Source of the DNA: an uncultured delta proteobacterium
Lineage (GTDB): Bacteria; Myxococcota_A; Polyangia; Polyangiales; Polyangiaceae
DNA: 64,000 bases
Reading direction: 5' to 3'
Assembly (NCBI GenBank): GCA_963850305.1
Contig: CAWKKR010000005.1
Span: 96,001 to 160,000, forward strand
Both the position numbers and the translations under genes were made by a program. The notes beneath the pieces are model-generated. The model was not told the origin of the DNA. It did not search any database and saw nothing but the letters and a program-made list of their open reading frames with translations. How positions within the stretch are numbered: the stretch's first letter is position 1; each line of letters begins with the position of its first letter. Positions 56,316 to 64,000 of this stretch are shown here, piece by piece.

Positions 56316-57782
56316 CTAGCGAATCCAACCAGCGCGGTAGGCGTATCCCTCGAGGTAGAGTTCGTCATGGACGTCGACCTCCGGATCGGAGGAGAGCTTC
56401 GCCCAGATGCCCTGCAGCGTGCTCGCCGACAGTACGCCTTGATTCGATAGCCAGGCACCGGCGGAGAAGATCGTCGCGGCGGAGGAGCGGAAATCCGGCA
56501 CGTCCCTGTAGCCTTCGACATAGGCCGCAACGTCCTGCCCGCCGTAAGTGCGGACCTGAAATGCGGCAAGGTAGTTGGCCACGTTGAAGTCGAGCGGCGC
56601 CCCCGCCGTGGTCAACATCGCGACCAGGGCCGACGAACCCGCGGCGAGCCCGGCTGCGACCGATGTGGAGAGCGCCGCGGTCGCAAACGACGCGAGGTAA
56701 AGGTCGGGCTGGTCATCGTCGCCGAGTTCCGTCTGGTCGACCTCCTGGTATCGCCGGGCCCAGTCGCCGGGAACGGCCGGGCACGTCTCGGCGGATGACG
56801 TGGGCGTGGCGTCGGAACGGCACTCGATCCATGAGGCCGCCTCCGTGCACGGGGCGAGAACGCCCGCAAGCTGATCGATCGTCTCGGTAGCGGGGGCCGC
56901 GAGTGCCGCGTCGCACGCGGTACTCAGCAGATCGAGAATGCCGTCGGGATTGCCGTCGACGAGCGCAGTGGCGGTATCTGCGTTGAGGTAAACGGCCTGG
57001 TTGGCGAGGACCTGGTCCGCCGTCGTGCTTTCGCCGACCGAAATCATCGACGCGGGCAGCGGGTTTCCGAGCGCGGCGTGCAGTGGCGCCGACGCGGTGG
57101 CGTCGAGCGCGACGTTCACCGCGTCCCCTGCGATGAGATCCTCGCCGGAGACGGCGTGATGAGCCAGCCCGACGAGCTCTCCGTCGTCGTCGAGCAAAGG
57201 CGAACCGCTGTTGCCGGGAAGGATGTACGCGTCGGACCGGACCCAGTCCCCTTCGACGTCGTAGACGATGCCGTCGGTCCATTTTTTCAACCCGCCCTCG
57301 GGGTGCCCGACGATGGTGACGTGGCTCCCGAGCAGAGCCGTCGGGGAATGGAGCGCCCAGCGTAGATAGTCGGGTGTGGAGAGCATGGCTCCGGCGCGCG
57401 TGTCGAAGAGCTGAACGACCGCCATGTCGAGGCCCTCGTCGACGGACGTCGGGATCCCGAACACTCGTTCCGCCTGCGGCGGCGGTGAGCCCCGCTGGTA
57501 GAGCCGCGTGATCTCGAGCGAGCAGCCCTCGATGGGACAAATCGGCACCCCGAGGACGTGGTTGTTGGTCAGGAGAAGACCCGTCGGAGAGATGAACGAG
57601 CCCGTCGCCACCTGACCCGAGGTCCCGACCCGGACGACTGCGCGCGCGGCCGTCCGAATCGCGCTGGGCGCCGTCTCGACGTCGTCGAAGTGCGGCAACC
57701 TCGTCGATGCCGCAGGGCTGCACGCGCACATGCCGAGTGCCGAGACGAGCCGCCACCGACCCGCGCGTCGACGCTGCTGCAT
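56316..57782 (-). CDS. trypsin-like serine protease, probable lipoprotein
   Basis: ATGSFIS...LLTNNHV, LDMAVV, PGNSGSPL. Confidence 0.82.
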   Translation of the reverse strand: MQQRRRAGRWRLVSALGMCACSPAASTRLPHFDDVETAPSAIRTAARAVVRVGTSGQVATGSFISPTGLLLTNNHVLGVPICPIEGCSLEITRLYQRGSPPPQAERVFGIPTSVDEGLDMAVVQLFDTRAGAMLSTPDYLRWALHSPTALLGSHVTIVGHPEGGLKKWTDGIVYDVEGDWVRSDAYILPGNSGSPLLDDDGELVGLAHHAVSGEDLIAGDAVNVALDATASAPLHAALGNPLPASMISVGESTTADQVLANQAVYLNADTATALVDGNPDGILDLLSTACDAALAAPATETIDQLAGVLAPCTEAASWIECRSDATPTSSAETCPAVPGDWARRYQEVDQTELGDDDQPDLYLASFATAALSTSVAAGLAAGSSALVAMLTTAGAPLDFNVANYLAAFQVRTYGGQDVAAYVEGYRDVPDFRSSAATIFSAGAWLSNQGVLSASTLQGIWAKLSSDPEVDVHDELYLEGYAYRAGWIR

Positions 57783-58076
57783 GAAAGGAGATTGTACGGG
57801 AAGCTTTTCCCCTCGTCGCGGGTTGTTCGGATATGCGCCCGCGACCCCTGCGAGAGTGCGAACGAGCCGTGGGCGTGGCCGCCCTCGTCGCGATCACGCT
57901 GGGCGCGCTGCCGAAGTCCTGGCAGTTGCCAGCCGGCATGTTGCTCGTCGCCGCTGCCATTGGCGCCATGCTCGGCGGGTTTCGGTTCGGGGCGGATCGG
58001 CCCGTTCGTCCGCGGGGCCTCGGTGGTCACCCGCACTCGCGCCGACGCTGAAGGGCCGGCCGGCGCGAGAGGTGGG

Positions 58077-58916
58077 ATGGTGGTAGCCTCAAGCGCTCTC
58101 GCGACCATGGACTTCGCCGACCTTGCCGCGCTCCCGGACGATCGGATCGACGTGCTCACCGGCGCGCTGCTGATAGCGAAGGATGAGTACCCGTCGCTCG
58201 ATCTCGGGTGCGAGCGACGGCGCGTGGACGAGCTGGCCGCGTCGCTCGGGCGACTCGACGGGCTCGACGCCGCGGATCAAGCGAACCTTCTCGCCGAAGG
58301 CCTGTTCGGCGACGGCGGTTTTCGCGGCAACGCGGACGACTATTACGATCCGCGGAACTCGTTTCTCAACGCGGTCATGGATCGCAAGCTAGGCATCCCC
58401 ATCTCGCTCTCCGTCGTCTATGTGGAGGTGGCTCGCCGCGCCGGCGTTCGCGCGAGCGGGGTCGGGTTTCCCGGCCACTTCCTCGTGCGCATCGAGACCC
58501 ACACGGGTGAGCCGCTCATGATCGATCCCTTCGGCGGAGGGCGCATCGTCGGGCGCGGGACGCTCGAGGCGCTCATCGAACGAGGCCCGCACGTGAAACC
58601 GGGCCTGCGTGCTTTGCTCTCGCCGACGTCGCCGCGGGTAATCCTGTCGCGCATGCTCGCCAACCTGAAGGGCATCTACGCGTCCCGGGGCGAGCTGTCC
58701 CGGTTGCTCGTCGTCACCAGCCGCATGCTCGAGCTCTGTCCGGATTCCGCCAGTGACCTCCGGGATCGCGGGCTCGTCGCCATGCGATTGGGATCGGTCC
58801 GGGTAGCCGAGAGCGATCTGACCCGCTACGCGGAGCTTTCGCCGGACGCATCGGACATCGCCGAGGTCCGGCGGATGGTCGAAAAGCTGAGGGACCAGGA
58901 AAGGCCCACCAACTGA
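58077..58916 (+). CDS. SirB1/transglutaminase-like protein with C-terminal TPR
   Basis: FRGNADDYYDPRNSFLNAVMDRKLGIPISL, GFPGHFLVR, IDPF. Confidence 0.88.
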   Translation: MVVASSALATMDFADLAALPDDRIDVLTGALLIAKDEYPSLDLGCERRRVDELAASLGRLDGLDAADQANLLAEGLFGDGGFRGNADDYYDPRNSFLNAVMDRKLGIPISLSVVYVEVARRAGVRASGVGFPGHFLVRIETHTGEPLMIDPFGGGRIVGRGTLEALIERGPHVKPGLRALLSPTSPRVILSRMLANLKGIYASRGELSRLLVVTSRMLELCPDSASDLRDRGLVAMRLGSVRVAESDLTRYAELSPDASDIAEVRRMVEKLRDQERPTN

Positions 58917-58934
58917 TTCACGGCCGGCGTCGGG

Positions 58935-59362
58935 ACTACCAGGAAAGGGGGCCTTGCCAGCCTTGCCCCCGCGGCTCGCTTCGCGCCCGCTCCCCCGCCG
59001 CCTTCGGCGGGCTCGTGCTCGCAAGGGGGTCTTGACCCCCGCGGCTCGCTTCGCGCCCGCTCCCCCGCCGCCTTCGGCGGGCTCGCGCTCGCAAGGGGGT
59101 CTTGACCCCCGCGGCTCGCTTCGCGCCCGCTCCCCCGCCGCCTTCGGCGGGCTCGCGCTCGCAAGGGGGTCTTGACCCCCGCGGCTCGCTTCGCGCCCGC
59201 TCCCCCGCCGCCTTCGGCGGGCTCGCGCTCGCAAGGGGGTCTTGACCCCCGCGGCTCGCTTCGCGCCCGCTCCCCCGCCGCCTTCGGCGGGCTCGCTCCG
59301 CTCGCGTAGTTCCGCAGCTCTTTGATCCTCGGGGACGACGCTGCTTGTCGATGCGGAACTAC
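58935..59362 (-). repeat. GTAG-hairpin repeat element, copy 5 (head plus 5 units of 70 bp)
   Basis: Period 70 (58971, 59041, 59111, 59181, 59251); head at 59306-59362. Confidence 0.93.
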
Positions 59363-59640
59363 TGCTTCTCGCAGTGGTACTCGCCGAAGAAGATCGCCGT
59401 CCGCGCGCACTTCACGGCGACGTGGCCGCCCTTTTCGAGCTGGTACGCATACTCGTGCGAAAACGGTGAGCGCTGGAATTCGGTCATCTGGGCGGGGCAC
59501 GGAGTTCCGCCGCACGCCGTCTGCATCGCCAGGCGTTCGACATCCGTGGAGTCGCCATACGTGTTCAGGAGCCCCGCGGTGGTGAGCACCACGACCACCA
59601 GCGGCAACAGGACGCGACGCACGACACCGGGTTCGGACAC
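59359..59640 (-). CDS. small secreted or membrane hypothetical protein
   Basis: GTG 59640, TM segment LLPLVVVVLTTAGLL, four Cys. Confidence 0.65.
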   Translation of the reverse strand: MSEPGVVRRVLLPLVVVVLTTAGLLNTYGDSTDVERLAMQTACGGTPCPAQMTEFQRSPFSHEYAYQLEKGGHVAVKCARTAIFFGEYHCEKQ

Positions 59641-60239
59641 TATTTCGTTCCTCCGATCTCGAGTTCGTAGAACGGCGCTTCCCGATCCTTCGGCCAGTAG
59701 AGTCCAGCGCCGATGATGAGCAGATGTTTCGCGAGGAGCCCGCGGTAGTAAGAACCGTTGCGCACGAAGATGTCGGAGTCCGTCCGCGTTCTGTCCGTGT
59801 TCTCCCGGAGATCGCCGCGGGTGGTGATCTCCAGGTACACCAGCCCCTTGGCCATCGCGGCGATGTTGGCCACGGCGGGAGCGACGTCGGGATCCGGCAA
59901 GTACTGGAGCACGCCCTGGCAGACGATGAGGTCGTACTTTTTCCGGTCGCGCCACCGTGCGATGTCGCGGTGCTCGAAGCCGTGCTTCTTGCACATCGCC
60001 TGACTGACCTCGGTGCCGGTGTACTTCGCCGACTTCTCGTGCTTCGCGATGTAGTCTCGCCAGAGGCCGACGCCCGCGCCGATGTCGAGCACGGATTTCA
60101 CCTCGAGCTTGTTCCACTTCGCGAAGGCAAAGACGAAGTCTGCCAGGTGCGCGTGTTCCTCGGCGGAGTGCACGCGCGTCGCGGGATTTTCGTAAAAGCG
60201 ATGATAATAGGCTTCGTCGAAGCGGCGAAACCGGTCCAT
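59640..60239 (-). CDS. class I SAM-dependent methyltransferase
   Basis: [23 protein letters not shown]. Confidence 0.88.
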   Translation of the reverse strand: MDRFRRFDEAYYHRFYENPATRVHSAEEHAHLADFVFAFAKWNKLEVKSVLDIGAGVGLWRDYIAKHEKSAKYTGTEVSQAMCKKHGFEHRDIARWRDRKKYDLIVCQGVLQYLPDPDVAPAVANIAAMAKGLVYLEITTRGDLRENTDRTRTDSDIFVRNGSYYRGLLAKHLLIIGAGLYWPKDREAPFYELEIGGTK

Positions 60240-60334
60240 GCGGGTGAGTCTAGCCCGAAGTGCCAAGCATCCCGGGCCGTTGCGCCATGGTTCCGTCGTT
60301 TTCGAGCGTTTGCCGCGGGCGTCGCTCGCAAGTG

Positions 60335-60362
60335 TTGAACTTTACTTGCTGTTATATATTCT
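60335..60362 (+). promoter_or_regulatory. putative sigma70-type promoter for ahcY
   Basis: AT-rich patch TTGAAC-N16-TATTCT in a high-GC background. Confidence 0.4.
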
Positions 60363-60522
60363 TCCCGTTCGCGCCCCGGTCGGCGCATCCGTCGTCGAAG
60401 TAAGCCCGCGAGGCGCGTTCAGCGGGCGTCGCGCTCCAAGGTGTGAGATCACGGGGCGAACGCGTTTGCCAGAAATCCCCCGCGGCCGGGCCGCGGGCTC
60501 GGAAAATAAGGAAGCTGAAGCA

Positions 60523-61881
60523 ATGGCTCAAACGAACATCGACCCCACCGGCAAGAGCACCGCGGTTCCGACCCGCGACGGCGGCACCTACCACGTCGCG
60601 GATCTCGGTCTTGCGGACTGGGGCCGAAAAGAAATCCAGATCGCCGAGACCGAAATGCCGGGCCTGATGGCGCTCCGCGAGGAGTACGGCGCGAAGCAGC
60701 CGCTCAAGGGCGCCCGCATCGCCGGCTGTCTGCACATGACCATCCAGACCGCGGTGCTCATCGAAACGTTGAAGCACCTCGGTGCCGAGGTCACATGGAC
60801 GACCTGCAACATCTACTCGACACAGGATCATGCGGCCGCGGCGATCGCGAGGGCCGGAATTCCCGTGTTCGCATGGAAGGGGGAGACGGAGCCCGAGTAC
60901 TACGAGTGTATCGAGCGGCAGCTCAAAGCGTTCGCGGGCGGCAAGGCCCCGAACATGATCCTCGACGACGGCGGGGATCTGACCCATGTCGTGCACGACA
61001 AATATCCTGAGATGTTCGCGGGTGTGGATCCGATCCGCGGGCTCAGCGAAGAGACGACGACGGGCGTGCACCGGCTCTACGAAATGTTCAAGAAGGGCAC
61101 GCTCAAGTGTCCGGCCATGAATGTCAACGACTCGGTCACGAAGAGCAAATTCGACAACCTGTACGGCTGCCGCGAGTCGGGCATCGACGGGATCAAGCGC
61201 GCCACCGACGTCATGTTCGCCGGCAAGGTCGCGGTCGTGGCCGGCTACGGCGACGTGGGTAAAGGCTGCGCGCAGTCGTTGAGAGGGCAGGGGGCGCGTG
61301 TTCTCATCACGGAGATCGATCCCATCTGCGCGCTCCAGGCGGCGATGGAAGGCTATCAGGTCGTCACGATGGACGAGGCGGCCCCGCTTGGCGACATCTT
61401 CATCACGGCGACCGGGTGCCTCGACGTCGTTCGCGGCGACCACATGCGCGCCATGAAGAACGAGGCGATCCTGTGCAATATCGGCCACTTCGACATGGAA
61501 ATCGACATGCGATTCCTCGAGAGCACGCAGGGGATCAAGGAAGAGAACATCAAGCCCCAGGTCGACCACTTCACCTTCCCAGACGGCAAGAAACTCATCG
61601 TGCTCGCCCGCGGACGGCTCGTGAACCTCGGTTGCGCGACGGGTCATCCGAGCTTCGTCATGAGCACGAGCTTCACGAATCAGGTCGTGGCGCAGATAGC
61701 GCTCTTCAACGAGAAATTCCCGATCGGCGTGCACCTCATTCCGAAGAAGCTGGACGAAAAGGTCGCGCGGCTGCACCTCGGCAAGCTCGGCGTGAAACTC
61801 GACAAGCTGACGACGAAGCAAGCGGAGTACCTCGGCGTCTCCGTCGAGGGCCCATACAAGGCCGATCTTTACCGGTACTAG
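60523..61881 (+). CDS. ahcY: adenosylhomocysteinase
   Basis: [58 protein letters not shown]. Confidence 0.97.
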   Translation: MAQTNIDPTGKSTAVPTRDGGTYHVADLGLADWGRKEIQIAETEMPGLMALREEYGAKQPLKGARIAGCLHMTIQTAVLIETLKHLGAEVTWTTCNIYSTQDHAAAAIARAGIPVFAWKGETEPEYYECIERQLKAFAGGKAPNMILDDGGDLTHVVHDKYPEMFAGVDPIRGLSEETTTGVHRLYEMFKKGTLKCPAMNVNDSVTKSKFDNLYGCRESGIDGIKRATDVMFAGKVAVVAGYGDVGKGCAQSLRGQGARVLITEIDPICALQAAMEGYQVVTMDEAAPLGDIFITATGCLDVVRGDHMRAMKNEAILCNIGHFDMEIDMRFLESTQGIKEENIKPQVDHFTFPDGKKLIVLARGRLVNLGCATGHPSFVMSTSFTNQVVAQIALFNEKFPIGVHLIPKKLDEKVARLHLGKLGVKLDKLTTKQAEYLGVSVEGPYKADLYRY

Positions 61882-62203
61882 GGGGTCTTGACCCCCGCGG
61901 CTCGCTTCGCGACCGCTCCCCCGCCGCCTTCGGCGTGCTCGTGCTCGCAAGGGGGTCTTGACCCCCGCGGCTCGCTTCGCGACCGCTCCCCCGCCGCCTT
62001 CGGCGTGCTCGTGCTCGCAAGGGGGTCTTGACCCCCGCGGCTCGCTTCGCGACCGCTCCCCCGCCGCCTTCGGCGTGCTCGTGCTCGCAAGGGGGTCTTG
62101 ACCCCCGCGGCTCGCTTCGCGACCGCTCCCCCGCCGCCTTCGGCGTGCTCGCTGCGCTCGCGTAGTTCCGCAGCTCTTTGATGCTTCAGGGACGGCGTGC
62201 TCG
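61881..62203 (-). repeat. GTAG-hairpin repeat element, copy 6 (4 units of 70 bp plus truncated head)
   Basis: Period 70 (61901, 61971, 62041, 62111); GTAGTTCCGCA at 62162 with the distal arm degenerate. Confidence 0.92.
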
Positions 62204-62243
62204 AGCGGACCCGCCCCCCGTAGCGCGGGGGCGGGGCTTCTTC

Positions 62244-63413
62244 TCAGTCCCGCATCGCGACGAGCGGCGACGTTCTCGCGGCGCGGAGGGCGGGCAAGAG
62301 GCCCCCCAAAATCCCCATGAGGCCACCGGAGATCAGCGCCGTCGCGATGATCTTCGCCGTTGGCTCGAAGGTGACGACTACCTCGGACCACGTCGTCATG
62401 TTCATGATGCTGAACTTCACCCACATCATGCAAAGAGACGCGAGCGCGCCCACGGCTCCGCCGAGCACGGCGAGCAGGAACGCCTCCAGCAGAAACGACA
62501 CGAGCACCTGGGTACGCGAGAAGCCGAGTGCGCGGAGCGTGCCGATCTCACGCTGCCGGTTCGCGACCGCCGCGTACATCGTGATCATGGCGCCGATCAT
62601 GGCGCCGAGAGAGAAGAAGAAGACGATCGCGTTGCCGAGGAAGCGAACGAAGTCCGCCGTGCCCTCGGACTGCTTCTCGTAGTACGTGCTCTCCCGCTGT
62701 ACCTTCAACCCGAGCTGCTTGTCGTGCTCCATCGCCGCAGCGAACGCGTCGTAACTCCCTCGCGACGCGAGCCGGACGGTCACCGAAGACACGGCCGCCG
62801 GTCGGCCGAACGCTGCACGCATGAAGTCCAGATCCGTCCAGATCTCCGATTCGAAAGACGAGCCGCCGCTCTCGAAGACGCCGACCACGGTGACGGGGCG
62901 GTTCTTGTTCAGGTCGAAGGTCGAGCCGAGATCGATCCCCTTGAAGCGTCCGATGACCCGCTTGCCGATGATGACCTCGTTCGTCCCCGGCTTCGCGGAT
63001 CGACCTTCGACGATGTGAACTTGCGGGCGCACGTCGAGACTCCCTCCGTCGATGCCCCGGACGAGGACGTTCGCGATTTGCCCCGGTGATTCCGCAAGCT
63101 CCGCCGAGATCACCATCACGAGCTCGCCCGCGCCGAGCGGGGTCCCATCCGGCTTCTTCTTCACGCCCGGAGCGGATTCGATGATGCCGACGACGTTATT
63201 TTCGATGTTGCTCGCCAGCTCGGCGTCCGACCCCTTGCGCAGCACGAGCGCATTGTCGTCGCTCCCGGAGAGGGTCATCGTCTTCTTGATGCCATGCGCC
63301 AGCATCTGCGACGCCGAGAGCACGAACACGACGAGAGCCACGCCGAAGATCGTCGCGAGCGTGGTCGTCTTCCGGACGAACAGGCTGCGCACGTTGTAAG
63401 AGACGGGGATCAT
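62244..63413 (-). CDS. ABC transporter permease (MacB/FtsX family)
   Basis: RQREIGTLRALGF, GGLLPALRAAR, periplasmic domain. Confidence 0.9.
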   Translation of the reverse strand: MIPVSYNVRSLFVRKTTTLATIFGVALVVFVLSASQMLAHGIKKTMTLSGSDDNALVLRKGSDAELASNIENNVVGIIESAPGVKKKPDGTPLGAGELVMVISAELAESPGQIANVLVRGIDGGSLDVRPQVHIVEGRSAKPGTNEVIIGKRVIGRFKGIDLGSTFDLNKNRPVTVVGVFESGGSSFESEIWTDLDFMRAAFGRPAAVSSVTVRLASRGSYDAFAAAMEHDKQLGLKVQRESTYYEKQSEGTADFVRFLGNAIVFFFSLGAMIGAMITMYAAVANRQREIGTLRALGFSRTQVLVSFLLEAFLLAVLGGAVGALASLCMMWVKFSIMNMTTWSEVVVTFEPTAKIIATALISGGLMGILGGLLPALRAARTSPLVAMRD

Positions 63414-63425
63414 GTCGTCCGGTTC

Positions 63426-64000
63426 TCAGCCCACGCGGCGGAGCGCGTCGATGGTGTTGAGCTTCGAGGCCTGGTAGGCCGGCAGCGCCGCCACCCCACA
63501 GGCAAGTCCGACGGCCAGGGCTGCGGACAGGAAGACGTCCTTGGCTGCGACCCGGAAATAGGGGAAGAACGAAGCCATGTTCTCCTCGAGGTATCGCCCG
63601 ACGCCGTGATCGATCAGCGGCACCGCGACGGCGAGTCCGATCGCGGCGCCGACGACACCGATGACGACCGCCTCTCCGAGAATGAACGCGACGAGGTGCT
63701 TCGGCAGGAAGCCGATCGCGCGGAGCACGCCGTATTCGTGGGTTCGTTCGCGCACCCCCATGGCAATCGTGTTGCCCAGGATGAGCGCCATGATGACGAG
63801 AATGATGATCGACACGAAGTTCATCGCCTTCAGGATGGCCGAGAACATGCCGAGGAACGAGGTGTTCATGGCGCGCTCGCTCATCGTCAGCGTCGGCGTG
63901 TCCTGGGTCGAGAACGCGTCGTCGATGCGCTTGGCGATGGTCGCGGCTTGTCCGGGGTCGTCGATGCGCGACGTGATCCAGCCGACGCGATCCTTCCGCG
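63426..64000 (-). CDS. ABC transporter permease (MacB/FtsX family), 5' partial
   Basis: NTIAMGVRERTHEYGVLRAIGF; runs off the window end. Confidence 0.88.
   Translation of the reverse strand, partial: RKDRVGWITSRIDDPGQAATIAKRIDDAFSTQDTPTLTMSERAMNTSFLGMFSAILKAMNFVSIIILVIMALILGNTIAMGVRERTHEYGVLRAIGFLPKHLVAFILGEAVVIGVVGAAIGLAVAVPLIDHGVGRYLEENMASFFPYFRVAAKDVFLSAALAVGLACGVAALPAYQASKLNTIDALRRVG

Overview
High-GC window from what looks like a myxobacterium (Polyangiaceae/Sorangium-like, inferred from the Gly/Cys-rich lipoproteins, the tgl-like/recO cluster and the poly-HAMP kinase). Core genes are engB, murJ, recO, tsaB, glnD, ahcY, ABC permeases, tRNA-Val(CAC) and tRNA-Pro(GGG). They are interleaved with two tRNA-anchored integrase remnants and four insertion sequences whose ends can be read directly (IS701, ISKra4-like, IS481, IS110). 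The most notable non-coding feature is a dispersed repeat family with six copies between 27 and 62 kb. Each copy has a ~58-bp GTAG...CTAC hairpin head followed by 1-5 tandem 70-79-bp palindromic units. The IS110 sits between two of these copies and is bounded on both sides by the same 10-bp core, TTCCTAGTAG. Its non-coding left end is only ~115 nt, is structured, and carries a 9-nt match to the predicted circle junction (candidate compact bridge RNA). An empty target site with the identical core is present at 35.6 kb. A second array of 21-bp palindromic units hosts the IS481. Several single-base frameshifts, including one in recO, suggest residual indel errors, so pseudogene calls are tentative. 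All family assignments are from motif recognition, not database searches.
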